Assembly (NCBI GenBank): GCA_015494465.1
Contig: WGBD01000002.1
Span: 3,683 to 67,682 of the forward strand
From: Candidatus Omnitrophota bacterium
GTDB taxonomy: Bacteria; Omnitrophota; Gorgyraeia; S143-82
DNA: 64,000 bases
Direction: 5' to 3'
Each line of letters begins with the position of its first letter. Position 1 is the stretch's first letter. Of this stretch, positions 19,726 to 31,263 are shown in pieces. The notes below the pieces were generated by a model. That model saw only the letters and a program-made list of their open reading frames with translations, was not told the DNA's origin and searched no databases. A program made the translations under genes and the position numbers.

Positions 19726-20729
19726 AGGATAGGTACGAATACATATTTGGTCCGGTCCTCTCGCGCAGGTTGGGCAGATCACTGGGAATAGATCTGCTGC
19801 CTTACAAGACCTGTTCCCTCAACTGCCTATATTGTGAATGCGGACCAACTACGAACCTCACCCTGGAGAGGAAGGAATATGTACCGACGAGAGAGGTGCT
19901 GCGGGAACTGGAGGAGTTCCTAAAACAAAACGACCTGCCCATAGAGGTGATAACCTTCTCGGGATCGGGTGAGCCTACACTCCACTCGGGTATCGGAGAG
20001 ATAATACACTGGATAAAGGGACACACTCCGTATCCGGTGTGCGTACTGACCAACGGGACCTTGCTGTATCGAAGTGATGTACAAAAGGATCTTTTACCTG
20101 CGGACATAGTAATCCCCTCCTTGGATGCGGGAGACGAGGAGACCTTTAGACGGATCAATCGGCCACATCCTGGACTATCTCTATCCCAATTGGTGGAGGG
20201 AATACGCACCTTCCGTCAAGCATTCAGGGGAAACATGCCCTTGGAGGTCTTCGTCCTGCCCGGGATCAACGACTCCTGGGAGTCCGTAAAGAAATTGGGA
20301 GAGAGAATAAGATACATAAAACCAGATACGGTCCAACTGAACAGCCTCGATCGTCCGGGCACCGAACCAGATCTAAAACCCGAACCCATAGAGGCACTAC
20401 GGGACATCAAGGTGGCGTTGGAAAGTCAGACCGGGATACCGGTGCACATCGTCGTATCTCAACCCAAACAACACCGGCTCAAAACCACAGTCTCCCCCTC
20501 CCTCCGGGGCAAGATCCTATCCCTCATCCGCCGAAGGCCTTCTACCCTGGATCAGATATCCCGGGTCTTTCTCGTGGATCCAGAGACCGTAGAACAACTT
20601 TTGGAAGAACTGCAAGGGCAAGGATTGATTCGAAAGGTAGAGACAAACAGAGGCGAATTCTTCACTACAAAGGAAGGATGCAGCAAACGGTCCGGTGCAG
20701 AAAGAAACACGCAAACGACTTCCGAATAG
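19722..20729 (+). CDS. radical SAM protein with C-terminal winged-helix domain
   Basis: 335 aa. GPVLSRRLGRSLGIDL then CSLNCLYCEC (CxxxCxxC). C-terminal ...LIRRRPSTLDQISR...ELQGQGLIRKVE is wHTH-like. Its start overlaps the upstream stop (ATGA). Confidence 0.8.
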   Translation: MKDRYEYIFGPVLSRRLGRSLGIDLLPYKTCSLNCLYCECGPTTNLTLERKEYVPTREVLRELEEFLKQNDLPIEVITFSGSGEPTLHSGIGEIIHWIKGHTPYPVCVLTNGTLLYRSDVQKDLLPADIVIPSLDAGDEETFRRINRPHPGLSLSQLVEGIRTFRQAFRGNMPLEVFVLPGINDSWESVKKLGERIRYIKPDTVQLNSLDRPGTEPDLKPEPIEALRDIKVALESQTGIPVHIVVSQPKQHRLKTTVSPSLRGKILSLIRRRPSTLDQISRVFLVDPETVEQLLEELQGQGLIRKVETNRGEFFTTKEGCSKRSGAERNTQTTSE

Positions 20730-20795
20730 TTATCCAGAAACTAATCGACGAAGCGCCCTAGTCTGATCTTCTCACAGCGAAAAGCTCTGCCCTAA

Positions 20796-21677
20796 TTACT
20801 CCACCTCCATCGAGACATCCACTGACGGGGCAGAGTGAGTGATCGCACCTACGGAGATGTAATCGGGCCGTAGGCGGGCGAGCTGACGGACCTTGGCAAG
20901 CGTCATCTTTCCGGATATCTCTATCTTCGCAGAAGGCAGGCTTTCGCGGATCATACCTATCGCCTTCTCCATCTGGCCCGGTCCCATGTTGTCCAGCATT
21001 ATTATGTCCGGGCGGGCCTCCAGGGCACCCTTTAACGAGACCAGGTCCTCTACTTCCACCTCTACCTTCACCTTTAACCGCTTCTCCTTCACGAAGGCCT
21101 TGGCCCTCTGGATCGCGATGGTGGTGGCCTTCCTCCGGGTCACTCCCATCTCCTTCATTATGGCCCGTATGTGGTTGTCCTTTATCAGAATCTGATCGTA
21201 AAGCCCCATGCGGTGATTAATCCCTCCTCCACACCTGACCGCATATCGCTCCAGGGCGCGCCAGCCGGGGGCAGTCTTGCGGGTATCGGCTATACGGGTC
21301 TTGCCCCCGCAGGCCTGAACGAATTCTGCGGTCAGGGCGGCTATCCCGGACAGACGGGAGATGAAGTTGAGAACTATCCTCTCCCCAGACAGGACGGAGC
21401 GAGCAGGGCCTGAGACCCTCGCAATCTCCTGCCCCTTAACCACAACCTCACCGTCGCGAGCCAACAACTGCACCTTCACCGACGGGGCTATAAGGGAATA
21501 GGTCAGTTTTATCGCATCTATCCCGCACAAGACGAACCTTTCTCTGGCTATCACCTTGGCAACCACGCGAGACTTTTCAGGAAGCACCGCGAGCGAAGTG
21601 ATGTCACCGGAACCGATGTCCTCTTCTATGGCAAGGGATATGAGCCTGAGGTAGGATTCCTTAACCCTTGAGACCAT
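20796..21677 (-). CDS. nadC: nicotinate-nucleotide pyrophosphorylase (carboxylating)
   Basis: 293 aa. QPRT family, ...[30 protein letters not shown]. Confidence 0.9.
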   Translation of the reverse strand: MVSRVKESYLRLISLAIEEDIGSGDITSLAVLPEKSRVVAKVIARERFVLCGIDAIKLTYSLIAPSVKVQLLARDGEVVVKGQEIARVSGPARSVLSGERIVLNFISRLSGIAALTAEFVQACGGKTRIADTRKTAPGWRALERYAVRCGGGINHRMGLYDQILIKDNHIRAIMKEMGVTRRKATTIAIQRAKAFVKEKRLKVKVEVEVEDLVSLKGALEARPDIIMLDNMGPGQMEKAIGMIRESLPSAKIEISGKMTLAKVRQLARLRPDYISVGAITHSAPSVDVSMEVE

Positions 21678-24342
21678 TGCGCAAGGCCTCCAATCTCTTC
21701 AAGGTATCTTTGAGATCTTCCAACTTCCTCTTCTCTCCCTCTACCACCTGGGCGGGGGCGCGTTTAAGGAAGTTCTCGTTAGACAAAAGGCGCTCCTTCT
21801 TCTCTATCGCATCCCGGCTCTGGCGGATCTGCTCTTCTATCCGCCTGAGTTCCTGATCCACATCTATCAACCCTTCCAGTATCAGGTAGGTCTCAACCCC
21901 GGGCAGTACTCCTGCCAACGCCTGGCGGGGTCTCTCCTTCAGGAAGGTCTCTATCTCTATCTTTCCCAATCTCGCCAAGAACCTTACCGTCTCTTTTTGT
22001 TGCTCGAACAGAACCGCCCACCTCTCCGTCACCACGACGAGATCCGGTCTATCTGCGGGTTTGAGCCCTACCTCTGCCCGCTGGTTGCGAAGGAGGGCAA
22101 TCAAGGACTTCACCTGCTCAAATTCCTCCTCCGCCTCTTCGTCCAACCTGCCCGCCTTCCGGGGATAGTCTGCCCTCATTACCGTCTCGTAAGGCAAGGC
22201 AAACCTCTCCTTCAGGAGTTGATATATCTCCTCGGTGATGAAGGGCATAAACGGATGTAATAACCGCAGAAAGACCTCCAATACATAGGCCAAGATCCTC
22301 TCCTGATTGCGCTGGACCTCTTCGGGTTTTCCCTCGCTTATCTTGGTCACCTCCAGATACCAGTCGCAGAACTGGTGCCAGAAGAAGTCGTATATGTTGT
22401 TGGCGGCCTCGTTAAATCGATAATTAGCCAGAGAGCGGTTTACCCCCTCCACCAACCTGTGCAGGCGGGAGAGTATCCACCTGTCTTCCAAGAGCAAGAG
22501 GTCTTCTATCCAATTCAGGTCCTTTACCGCCTCGTCCAGTCGGCTCAATATGTACCTGCTGGCATTCCATATCTTGTTGGTGAAGTTCCGTCCCAGTTCA
22601 AACTTGCTCCGGGACAGGTACACATCCTGCCCTACCGCAGTGATGGAGATCAGACTGAAGCGGAGGGCATCTGCGCCCATCTCCTCTATTATCTCCAAGG
22701 GATCTATGATGTTCCCCAAGGACTTGGACATCTTTCGGCCGGTGTCGTCTCGAACGGTCCCGTGCAGGTAGACATCTGAGAACGGGATCTCTCCCATGAA
22801 CTCCAATCCCGCCATTATCATCCGTGCCACCCAGAAGAAGAGTATCTCCGGCGCGGTGACGAGGGTGTTGGTTGGGTAGAAGTAATCGAGGTCCGCCTTC
22901 ACCTCGGGATCGTCCTTCGGCCAATAGAATGTAGCAAACGGCCACAGCCACGAGGAGAACCAGGTGTCCAAGACATCCTCATCCTGAACCAGGTTGGTGT
23001 TTCCGCAATTGGGGCAGGCCTTGGGATCCTTCATCTCCACGATCGGGGGACAATCGGTGCGCTCTCCGTCCTTTACGCAGTACCAGACGGGTATCCTGTG
23101 CCCCCACCATATCTGACGGGATATGCACCAGTCCTGTATGTTCTCCATCCAGTTGAGGTAGACCTTCGTCCAGCGGGAAGGGATGAATCTTATCTTCCCT
23201 TCCTTGACCACTTTAATCGCAGGCTCAGCGAGCGGTTTCATCTTTACGAACCACTGCCTTGAAAGATAGGGCTCTATCACGGTATCACAGCGATAACAAT
23301 GGCCGACATTGTGGACATAATCCTCCACCTTTTCCAAGAGGCCCTCTTTTTTCAGGTCCTCCACTATCTTCTTCCGGCACTCGAACCGATCCATACCCGC
23401 ATACGGGCCTGCCAGTTCGGTCATCCTTCCGTGGGAGTCTATCACTACCGGGGCCTCAAGATGGTGGCGTTTGCCCACCCAGAAGTCGTCGGGATCGTGG
23501 GCAGGCGTGATCTTCACCGCTCCGGTGCCGAATTCGGGATCTACATAGTCGTCAGCGATTATGGGTATCTCCCGCTTCAATACGGGCAAGATCGCCTTCT
23601 TGCCTACGAGGTCCTTGTACCGCTCGTCGTTTGGGTTTACCGCCACCGCGGTGTCACCGAGTATGGTCTCGGGTCGGGTGGTGGCGACGGTGATGAACCT
23701 GCCCTCTTCCCCTGCTATCGGATAGCGCACATAGTAAAGTTTTCCGGCGGTCTCTTTCTTGGGGGCCTCTTCGTCTGCAAGTGCGGTATGACAGCGGGGA
23801 CACCAATTGATTATGTAGTTGCCCTGATAGATAAGGCCCTTCTTGTAAAGGTGCACGAAGACATACCTGACCGCGTAAGAGTAATCCTCGTCCATCGTAA
23901 AGCGGGTGCGTCTCCAGTCGCAGGATGCCCCCAACCTCTTTAGCTGGCGGATTATGGTGGAGCCGTACTCCTCCTTCCACTTCCAGACCTCTTCCAAAAA
24001 CTTCTCCCTCCCGAGGTCCTGCCGCCTCAGGCCCTGTTTTGCCAGTTTGCGCTCTACCACATTCTGGGTGGCTATACCTGCGTGGTCGGTGCCGGGCATC
24101 CAAAGGGCGTTGTAACCGAGCATCCGGTGATAGCGAATCAGGATGTCCTGATAGGTGTTATTCAGGGCGTGGCCCATGTGAAGGATGCCGGTCACATTCG
24201 GCGGAGGTATCACGATGGTATAGGGCTTACGGGAGGGATCCCTGTCCGCGTTGAAGTAGCCCCGCTCCTCCCAGACCTTATACCAGCGGGACTCCACCTC
24301 CCCGGGACGATAACGCGAACTCATCTCCTTGGTGCCGGCCAT
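21661..24342 (-). CDS. valS: valyl-tRNA synthetase
   Basis: HMGH and KMSKS motifs, coiled-coil C-terminus. Start trimmed to the ATG at 24342 ([22 protein letters not shown]), which removes 80 low-complexity codons that would overlap infB. Confidence 0.95.
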   Translation of the reverse strand: MAGTKEMSSRYRPGEVESRWYKVWEERGYFNADRDPSRKPYTIVIPPPNVTGILHMGHALNNTYQDILIRYHRMLGYNALWMPGTDHAGIATQNVVERKLAKQGLRRQDLGREKFLEEVWKWKEEYGSTIIRQLKRLGASCDWRRTRFTMDEDYSYAVRYVFVHLYKKGLIYQGNYIINWCPRCHTALADEEAPKKETAGKLYYVRYPIAGEEGRFITVATTRPETILGDTAVAVNPNDERYKDLVGKKAILPVLKREIPIIADDYVDPEFGTGAVKITPAHDPDDFWVGKRHHLEAPVVIDSHGRMTELAGPYAGMDRFECRKKIVEDLKKEGLLEKVEDYVHNVGHCYRCDTVIEPYLSRQWFVKMKPLAEPAIKVVKEGKIRFIPSRWTKVYLNWMENIQDWCISRQIWWGHRIPVWYCVKDGERTDCPPIVEMKDPKACPNCGNTNLVQDEDVLDTWFSSWLWPFATFYWPKDDPEVKADLDYFYPTNTLVTAPEILFFWVARMIMAGLEFMGEIPFSDVYLHGTVRDDTGRKMSKSLGNIIDPLEIIEEMGADALRFSLISITAVGQDVYLSRSKFELGRNFTNKIWNASRYILSRLDEAVKDLNWIEDLLLLEDRWILSRLHRLVEGVNRSLANYRFNEAANNIYDFFWHQFCDWYLEVTKISEGKPEEVQRNQERILAYVLEVFLRLLHPFMPFITEEIYQLLKERFALPYETVMRADYPRKAGRLDEEAEEEFEQVKSLIALLRNQRAEVGLKPADRPDLVVVTERWAVLFEQQKETVRFLARLGKIEIETFLKERPRQALAGVLPGVETYLILEGLIDVDQELRRIEEQIRQSRDAIEKKERLLSNENFLKRAPAQVVEGEKRKLEDLKDTLKRLEALRNGLKG

Positions 24343-24347
24343 AGATC

Positions 24348-26414
24348 TCACACCTTGAGTTTGCGCAGTATCTTCTCTTCCTGATAGCACTCTATTATGT
24401 CGCCCACCATTATCTGGGAAAAGCCGTCCAAGGCAATACCGCACTCGTAACCCTCTGCTACCTCCCGGACATCGTCCTTGAATCGCTTGAGCGAGGCTAT
24501 CTTCCCGCTCCAGACCTCCTGCCCGTTGCGGAGCAACTTGGCCTTGGCAGAGCGGACCACCTTGCCTTTCTTTACATAGCAACCGGCAACAGTCCCCGCC
24601 TTGGAGAGTTTAAAGACCTGACGGACCTCTGCGGTCCCTATCCACACATCCCTTATTACCGGCTCGAGCATGCCCTCAATGGCAGACTTGATCTGATCTA
24701 TCAACTCGTAGATTATCTTGTATATCCTGACATCGAGGCGCTTTTCCTCTATGTACTTCTTGGCCCGGTTATTTATGCCCACATTAAATCCGACGACGAT
24801 CGCCTTTGAGGCCTCCGCTAGCAGGACATCGGAGTGGCTCACCTCCCCAACGCCTGCGTGTATCACCTCCACCCGGACCTCGTCGTTGGAGAGCTTCTCC
24901 AGAGAGGCCCTTATCGCCTCCAGCGTCCCCTGCACATCGGCCTTTAATATGATGCGCAGGACCTTTTCCTCCTCCTTCTGCATCTGTTCGAATATATTCT
25001 CAAGACTTATCGGACGGGCGGTGGTCTGGGCCTTTTTCCTCTCCTTGCGCTCCTCGGATATCCGTCTAGCCTCCTTCTCCGAAGGCACCACGAAGAACAT
25101 ATCGCCTGCCTGAGGTACCTCCTCTATACCCAACACCTCACCTGCCTCTGAGGGAAGGAGTTCCTTTATCCTTTCACCCCTGTCGTTGGTTATGGACTTT
25201 ATCTTGCCGTAGGTATCCCCCACTATGATCGCATCCCCAACCCGCAATCTTCCGCTCTGCACCAACAAGGTGGCAACCACGCCCTTGAAGGGATGGAGCT
25301 GGGCCTCCAACACGACACCGTGTGCGGGCTTGTCGTAATTCGTCTTCAACTCCAGCATCTCACCTTCCAAGACCACCATCTCCAGCAGGTCGTCCACACC
25401 CTGCCCGGTCCTTGCGGACACCGGCACCATGATGGTCTTCCCGCCCCACTCCTCGGGCATAAGGCCGTGCTCCATCAACTGGCGTTTCACCCTGTCCACA
25501 TCCACGCCGGGTTTATCCACCTTGTTTATCGCCACCACGATGGGCACACCTGCTGCCTTGGCGTGATTTATCGCCTCAACGGTCTGGGGCATTACGCCGT
25601 CGTCAGCCGCCACCACCAATATCACTATGTCGGTCACATTCGCTCCTCTGGCCCGCATCGCAGTAAAGGCCTCGTGCCCGGGGGTGTCCAGGAAGGTGAG
25701 TTTACCGTATGGGGTCTGAACCACATAGGCCCCTATGTGCTGGGTGATACCACCGTATTCTTTGTCAGTGATGTTGCTCTTGCGGATGTAATCCAACAGA
25801 GAGGTCTTACCGTGGTCAACATGCCCCATAAGGGTCACCACTGGATGCCTTGGCCTGGGATTCTGTCTGGCGAGCTCCTCGTGTTCCAAGCGAATGCGCT
25901 CGTCCTCAGGGACTGGCTCCTTCAATATCACCCCATACCAACTACCTATCTCTTCGCCCAACTCTTTATCTATGGAACTGTTGATGTTTAAGACCATCTT
26001 CTTCGCCAAGGCCTTCATCAATATGTCCGCAGGTTTGACCCCTATGGCCTCGGCGAATTCTCTCAAGGATGTCGGTAGGCTGATCTCTACCTCTTTTATC
26101 TCGGAGAACTCCTCTTCTACCTTTGCCTCTTCCTTTTCCTCGGTTCTCTCCTCTTCCTGACCTCTCTCTTCCTTGGTTTCTCCCTCCACCCTCTCCTTGG
26201 CCTTTTCCTTCTTTTTCTTCTTCTTGGCGACCTCTTGAGGCGGAGGAGTCTCCTTCTTCTCTTTAGAAGGCAACTTCTCCTCTATCTGCTTTACCTGTTC
26301 CTCGGTCAGCGAGCTCATGTGGCTCTTGACCTCTATACCCACCTTTTCCCTGATGAAGTTCACCAGGGACTTACTGCTCACCCCGAGTTGTTTTGCCAGT
26401 TCGTAAACCCGCAT
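24348..26414 (-). CDS. infB: translation initiation factor IF-2
   Basis: 688 aa. G domain [29 protein letters not shown]. Confidence 0.95.
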   Translation of the reverse strand: MRVYELAKQLGVSSKSLVNFIREKVGIEVKSHMSSLTEEQVKQIEEKLPSKEKKETPPPQEVAKKKKKKEKAKERVEGETKEERGQEEERTEEKEEAKVEEEFSEIKEVEISLPTSLREFAEAIGVKPADILMKALAKKMVLNINSSIDKELGEEIGSWYGVILKEPVPEDERIRLEHEELARQNPRPRHPVVTLMGHVDHGKTSLLDYIRKSNITDKEYGGITQHIGAYVVQTPYGKLTFLDTPGHEAFTAMRARGANVTDIVILVVAADDGVMPQTVEAINHAKAAGVPIVVAINKVDKPGVDVDRVKRQLMEHGLMPEEWGGKTIMVPVSARTGQGVDDLLEMVVLEGEMLELKTNYDKPAHGVVLEAQLHPFKGVVATLLVQSGRLRVGDAIIVGDTYGKIKSITNDRGERIKELLPSEAGEVLGIEEVPQAGDMFFVVPSEKEARRISEERKERKKAQTTARPISLENIFEQMQKEEEKVLRIILKADVQGTLEAIRASLEKLSNDEVRVEVIHAGVGEVSHSDVLLAEASKAIVVGFNVGINNRAKKYIEEKRLDVRIYKIIYELIDQIKSAIEGMLEPVIRDVWIGTAEVRQVFKLSKAGTVAGCYVKKGKVVRSAKAKLLRNGQEVWSGKIASLKRFKDDVREVAEGYECGIALDGFSQIMVGDIIECYQEEKILRKLKV

Positions 26415-26416
26415 CC

Positions 26417-27592
26417 TTATTCCTCATCTCCCTTCGCCAGATACTCTCTGGCCTTGTTGATAAGATTCTCCGCAATCTCTTTGTCTATGCCCTCAACCTC
26501 TATAAGGTCGTCCACCGACGCCATCGCCAAGGAATTCAGGTCGTTGAATCCCGCCTCTTTCAGGTTGTTTACCACATCCTGATCTACATCCTGCACCTCT
26601 AACAGTATCTTTTCCAGGGACTTGTCCGCCTCCTCGCTGGTCATCTGCGAGCCCTCTGCGGTGCGGATGTCCAGCTCCCAGCCGGTCAGCTTGGAGGCCA
26701 GGCGCACATTCTGTCCCCGTCTGCCTATCGCCAAAGAGAGTTGGGATTCGTCAACCAAGACCTCCGCGTGCTTCTTCTCCGCATCCAGTATCTTTACCTC
26801 CTCCACCTTAGCCGGTTTAAGGGCCTCCTTTATAAACTCTATTGGATCTTCGGACCAGCGCACTACATCTATCCTCTCTCCCTGAAGTTCGTTGACGATG
26901 TTCTTTATCCGGGTGCCCCGCATACCCACGCAGGCCCCCATAGGATCTATCTTGTCGTTGCTGGAGGCAACTGCTATCTTGGTGTGCTCACCTGCCTCCC
27001 TGACGATGCCCTTTATTATCACTATCCCATCCTTTATCTCCGGCACCTCCAACTCAAACAACTGCTTCACCAGATCGGGATGCCTGCGCGAAAGCAGAAG
27101 GACCGGACCCTTTGGTTCTCTGGTCACCGAAAGGAGTATCGCCTTTATCCTGTCACCCTGACGATAGTTGTCCCTAAAGGACTGCTCCCTGCGCGGCAGG
27201 ATCCCCTCCGCCTTGCCGACATCCACGATTATCTGCCTCCTGTCCACCTTGTATACCGTGCCACTTACGAGTTTGCCCACCAGATTCTGGAACTCCCTAA
27301 AGACGACATCCTTCTCCGCCTCCCTTATCTTCTGGATTATCACCTGGCGGGCGGTCTGGGCAGCGATCCTGCCCAACTCCGCAGCGGGGATCCTTTCTCC
27401 GTTTATCGTCACTATTATGTCCTTGTTCTCCTCGTCCACCCGGGCCTCTATCCCCTCGGCGCTCTTGAGCTGAAAGGCCTTCTTAGTAGCGCTGATAAGG
27501 GCAGACTCCAGCGCGGAGTAGAGGGTCTGCTTGTCTATCCCCTTGTCCATGCATATCTGGTTTATGATCATGAATATCTCTGCGTTGTTCAT
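26417..27592 (-). CDS. nusA: transcription termination/antitermination factor NusA
   Basis: 391 aa. NusA_N, S1 and KH domains. Confidence 0.95.
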   Translation of the reverse strand: MNNAEIFMIINQICMDKGIDKQTLYSALESALISATKKAFQLKSAEGIEARVDEENKDIIVTINGERIPAAELGRIAAQTARQVIIQKIREAEKDVVFREFQNLVGKLVSGTVYKVDRRQIIVDVGKAEGILPRREQSFRDNYRQGDRIKAILLSVTREPKGPVLLLSRRHPDLVKQLFELEVPEIKDGIVIIKGIVREAGEHTKIAVASSNDKIDPMGACVGMRGTRIKNIVNELQGERIDVVRWSEDPIEFIKEALKPAKVEEVKILDAEKKHAEVLVDESQLSLAIGRRGQNVRLASKLTGWELDIRTAEGSQMTSEEADKSLEKILLEVQDVDQDVVNNLKEAGFNDLNSLAMASVDDLIEVEGIDKEIAENLINKAREYLAKGDEE

Positions 27593-27597
27593 CTACA

Positions 27598-29238
27598 TCA
27601 CTCCTTTCCCTGCGACCATTTTTTGAAGTTCTCAGGGGTTAACACATCAGGAGAAGGTACGAAGACCTGGTTGTTCTCGAACAAGATCAATCCTGGTGTG
27701 GTGATGTTGAGCTCTTGAGTAAGGTTGGAGGAGCTCACCAACAGGTATCCCAACTCCCCGTTGTTGGTGACACAGGAGTTCACCTTCTCGGTATCGATCC
27801 CCAACCTCACCTCGCAGAAGTCGTCCTGGGCGTAGCGATTCTCGTACCTACACAGGAGGTAATCCAGGTACTTATCCGGATGGTACTTCCGCACGCACAA
27901 TTGCCTCAACACCTCCGCTAGGTCGTTGGGGCCAAAGGGCGAGCTCCATACCCCATTGACCAAAGAGATCAGGTAGTGAAACCGAATCTTCCAATCCGCC
28001 ATCTCAGGGGAGTCCTTGAGTTTCTTCAGCTGAGCCAATATCTGATAGGTCTTCTCGTCTAGGATCCCCGCTATGAAAACATCCACCTTCCTGGGGATCA
28101 CCGGGCGGGAGATGTAGACCGACACCCCACTCACCTGGGGCTTTATCACATAGCCCAGATCCGTCTTCACCAGCATGTCCTCTATGTTATCAAAACCGGG
28201 GCTCTTTTTTATCCCTTCCGAGAGGACGAAAACCGGAAGCATGTCCGCCCCCAACTTTTTCAACCATTCCTGTCCCTTCGGATCATCAGCGTAGACGACC
28301 TTAAGCTCCAGACTCGGCACGAACCCCTTGATCCAATCGTATATCTCCTCTTCATTGCAAGATATGCAAGCCCGCGGTCTTATAACGGTCAAGGTGACCT
28401 TTTTTTCGTCATTTTTCTGCTGACAGCTACCGTTTATACACTTACCATCCAGACAATCTGCATCGCAAGTGCAGTCAGGAAGGCCCTTCAGCAAGGGAGC
28501 GGACGGATCCAGAAACGATATCACCTCCACCGTCCCAAAAGAGACCCCGTCTTCTCCCTTCTCCACCGAGACCTTGATCCCGCCTATGCCGTCCAAGGGT
28601 GGACACACGATCAACCTGCCATCGGAAAGGGGAGAATACCAGCCCTGGGCACCCGGGAGGAGGTAGGCCTTAGAAGGCACCAATAAGAGGTCTATCTCCT
28701 TGTGCACCTCCATGAGTTTGGGGCCAGCCTCCATAGGTAGATCTGGTCCCAGGGCACAGATCAAGACATCCACCTCGCCAATCTGCTTTAGGGCCTCTCC
28801 ATACCTCCTAGGATCTGCGCTCATGTCCTTATCTATAAACACGAATCCGATCTTGAGGCCCCCCTTCTCTATCTTCTTGGGTTTGAAGCTCTTACTGGAA
28901 TCGCTGATGTCCCATACCACATCGTAGCCCAAAGTTTCCCTAACGATTCGCCGATAGATGCGCGTCCTCTCTTGTTGTTGGGTCTTGGTGGCCTTGAGGA
29001 CATCACCTTTGCTCCCTGCCTGGATGTAACCGTACTCTACTAACAGAAGGCCTTTGCCCCCCTTGCGCAGGTAATCTATAACCTGGGCGCGGGCACAAGG
29101 CAAACAGAGCTTTTTCCCGTTGTTTATCAAGTAGATACGACTGTGGCTATTACCGGTGATAAGGATGTCCTCTGCCAACGAGGAAGAAACGATCCCCAGA
29201 AATATGCCAACCACCAGGGCAAGGATCCTGTAACCCAT
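27598..29238 (-). CDS. secreted hypothetical protein with Cys-rich linker and C-terminal DsbA-like (CxxC-less) domain
   Basis: Signal peptide MGYRILALVVGIFLGIVSSSLA, CTCDADCLDGKCINGSCQQ cluster, and a C-terminal DsbA-like sequence lacking the active-site Cys pair. Start set to the ATG at 29238 (GAGGAGG SD). The track TTG at 29253 lies in a terminator T-tract. Confidence 0.55.
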   Translation of the reverse strand: MGYRILALVVGIFLGIVSSSLAEDILITGNSHSRIYLINNGKKLCLPCARAQVIDYLRKGGKGLLLVEYGYIQAGSKGDVLKATKTQQQERTRIYRRIVRETLGYDVVWDISDSSKSFKPKKIEKGGLKIGFVFIDKDMSADPRRYGEALKQIGEVDVLICALGPDLPMEAGPKLMEVHKEIDLLLVPSKAYLLPGAQGWYSPLSDGRLIVCPPLDGIGGIKVSVEKGEDGVSFGTVEVISFLDPSAPLLKGLPDCTCDADCLDGKCINGSCQQKNDEKKVTLTVIRPRACISCNEEEIYDWIKGFVPSLELKVVYADDPKGQEWLKKLGADMLPVFVLSEGIKKSPGFDNIEDMLVKTDLGYVIKPQVSGVSVYISRPVIPRKVDVFIAGILDEKTYQILAQLKKLKDSPEMADWKIRFHYLISLVNGVWSSPFGPNDLAEVLRQLCVRKYHPDKYLDYLLCRYENRYAQDDFCEVRLGIDTEKVNSCVTNNGELGYLLVSSSNLTQELNITTPGLILFENNQVFVPSPDVLTPENFKKWSQGKE

Positions 29239-29251
29239 CTTAAACCTCCTC

Positions 29252-29290
29252 AAAATAAAAAATAGAGCGTGCCTTCACCAGCTGACGCTC
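29252..29290 (-). terminator. Rho-independent terminator candidate downstream of the methyltransferase gene
   Basis: Minus strand: GAGCGT-loop-ACGCTC stem followed by UAUUUUUUAUUUUG. Confidence 0.4.
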
Positions 29291-29322
29291 CTAAATCGAA
29301 TTGGTATTATAACCAAAAACTA

Positions 29323-29982
29323 TTAGACCTTCAAGGCCTTTATTCCCACAAACCCCCCTTCCCCATGGCCGGGCCTGATGTCGTCCAGGTGGGACATAGA
29401 GGAGAGATCGGTAGTAAATAAGGTCTGGAGGGTCTCTTTCACCTCAAATCCTGTTTTCCGGAGGAGATCCATCACCTCGTTTGCAGAAAAGAACCGGGCA
29501 TAGCGGTAAAATGGGCTCCTTGCCTTCTTCTCCAAGTACACCTGGCCCAAAGGGCTTGCCTTATCCACGATCCCCACCACCAAGATCCCTCCGGGCGCAA
29601 GGACCCGGTGTATCTGCCTGAGAACCCTCTCCGGATCCTCCACGAAGCATATAGTGACCATCAAAAGGGCATAATCAAAACTGCCGTCTCCAAAGGGCAG
29701 GTCGTGGGCATCCGCAACGATCGCCTCCACCCCCCGCTCCTTAGCCAGGGCAAGCATGCCCTCGGAGATGTCCACCCCGGTCTTAATCCCCAGAGGACCG
29801 GCGAACCTGCCCGTACCCACGCCAACCTCAAGGCCTCTACCCCCCTTCGGCAAGAGCCTGCGCAGGAGCTCCAGCTCGCTGAGGTAGGCCCAACGGTTCC
29901 GCTCAAACCACTCCTCGTACTCCCCAACCCGCAAATCAAAGACCTCTCTATTACCCTCCACAGTCACTCCTCCAAGAAACAC
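29323..29982 (-). CDS. class I SAM-dependent methyltransferase (Methyltransf_11-like)
   Basis: 219 aa. LEVGVGTGRFAG (motif I), ...FDYALLMVTICFV. Apparent GTG start. Confidence 0.8.
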   Translation of the reverse strand: MFLGGVTVEGNREVFDLRVGEYEEWFERNRWAYLSELELLRRLLPKGGRGLEVGVGTGRFAGPLGIKTGVDISEGMLALAKERGVEAIVADAHDLPFGDGSFDYALLMVTICFVEDPERVLRQIHRVLAPGGILVVGIVDKASPLGQVYLEKKARSPFYRYARFFSANEVMDLLRKTGFEVKETLQTLFTTDLSSMSHLDDIRPGHGEGGFVGIKALKV

Positions 29983-29995
29983 TTCCTCAACCCAT

Positions 29996-31159
29996 TTAGG
30001 CTAGCTTCTCCTTAGCCAGCCACTTCCTATCCTTTGGATCTATCTCAGATAGGATCCCGACTATGCGCTTACCCGCATACCCATCACCGAAAGGATTGGG
30101 CAGATTTCGCACCCGCTCTCTATAGGACTCGTCAAAACAGGCCCTCTGCAAGGCCTTCGCTATTGCCTCCGCTTGATGCCCCACGAACTCCACATTTCCC
30201 GCATGAAATCTGCCAGTCTGCCTCTCACCTATATTTACCACAGGCAATTTATAGAACGGAGATTCCAAAATCCCCATGCTAGAGTTGCCCACTAACGCCC
30301 GCGCGTTTCTTAAAACATTTACGAAAATATTTTGAGAAAGATTCGGATAAAAGTGGATCAACCTGCCATCGTCAAATTCTTTTATTACCTCAATCATGTA
30401 CGAGGCTCCAGGATCTGTGTTGGGAAATATTCCCAATACCTTGAACCCCGTCTTCCGAGCAAACTCCTTAACCCCTTCCAAAGCCATTCGCATCTCCTCT
30501 CCGGCTTGTTCGTAAGACAACGAAAAGGGATGTTTTATAAACACGATGTACCCCTGAGGTTCTATATCCCACTTTAAGGCCTTTCTTACCTCCTCCCACG
30601 GCATATCGGGAACCTTACGAATACCATCCAAGGCGGGGTTTCCAACATTGAAGACCCGAAAAGGCTCCTCTCCCACCTTCAACAGATTCTCGGCCGATGG
30701 TTGAGAAGTAGCAAAGTGGAGATGCGCCAATTTCGACACCGCAAACCTTATCGGATCGTCATCAGTCAAAACAGAGGTATCTCCACCTGCGATGTGGGCT
30801 ACTATTACCTTCATATAATTACCTACCAAGGCAGTAGCAATGGACTCCTCTCTATCACCTACCACCAGGAGAAAATCCGGCGACATTCTTTCTACAGTTT
30901 GGGATAATCCTAACAACAACAGGCCAACGCCTTTCACCCTCTGCGTAGATCTATCCGTCATCAACAGGGAATCCACCTTATCCCAGATAGGGAACCCGTC
31001 TTCTATAACTGATTTCAATGTAAACCCGTGCCAAGTTGAAAGGTGGGCCCCACTGCACACAACACCAACCTCAAAGCCGGCATCCCTCAATTCCTGGAGC
31101 ACGGGACGGAGTATGTAGTATTCAGAGCGTATCCCAGTAACCGCAAGGACCTTTTTCAT
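29996..31159 (-). CDS. UDP-N-acetylglucosamine 2-epimerase family (NeuC/LegG/WecB-like, probably hydrolysing)
   Basis: 387 aa. Epimerase_2 fold, MKKVLAVTGIRSEYYILRPV...VVGDREESIATAL. GC (~48%) is lower than neighbouring core genes. Confidence 0.85.
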   Translation of the reverse strand: MKKVLAVTGIRSEYYILRPVLQELRDAGFEVGVVCSGAHLSTWHGFTLKSVIEDGFPIWDKVDSLLMTDRSTQRVKGVGLLLLGLSQTVERMSPDFLLVVGDREESIATALVGNYMKVIVAHIAGGDTSVLTDDDPIRFAVSKLAHLHFATSQPSAENLLKVGEEPFRVFNVGNPALDGIRKVPDMPWEEVRKALKWDIEPQGYIVFIKHPFSLSYEQAGEEMRMALEGVKEFARKTGFKVLGIFPNTDPGASYMIEVIKEFDDGRLIHFYPNLSQNIFVNVLRNARALVGNSSMGILESPFYKLPVVNIGERQTGRFHAGNVEFVGHQAEAIAKALQRACFDESYRERVRNLPNPFGDGYAGKRIVGILSEIDPKDRKWLAKEKLA

Positions 31160-31263
31160 AATCCTGCCATTACCTCCTGATCAGACGGGTTTTGCTCTTA
31201 CACTTCTTTCTGCATATCCCTTGACATCCTCCAGCGATAAGATAGAATTGTATAAACTCTTCG

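Noticed and set aside
24343-24582. 80-codon N-terminal extension of valS in the track.
   Set aside because: Low-complexity sequence overlapping the infB 3' end. The conserved ValS N-terminus begins at MAGTKEM (24342).
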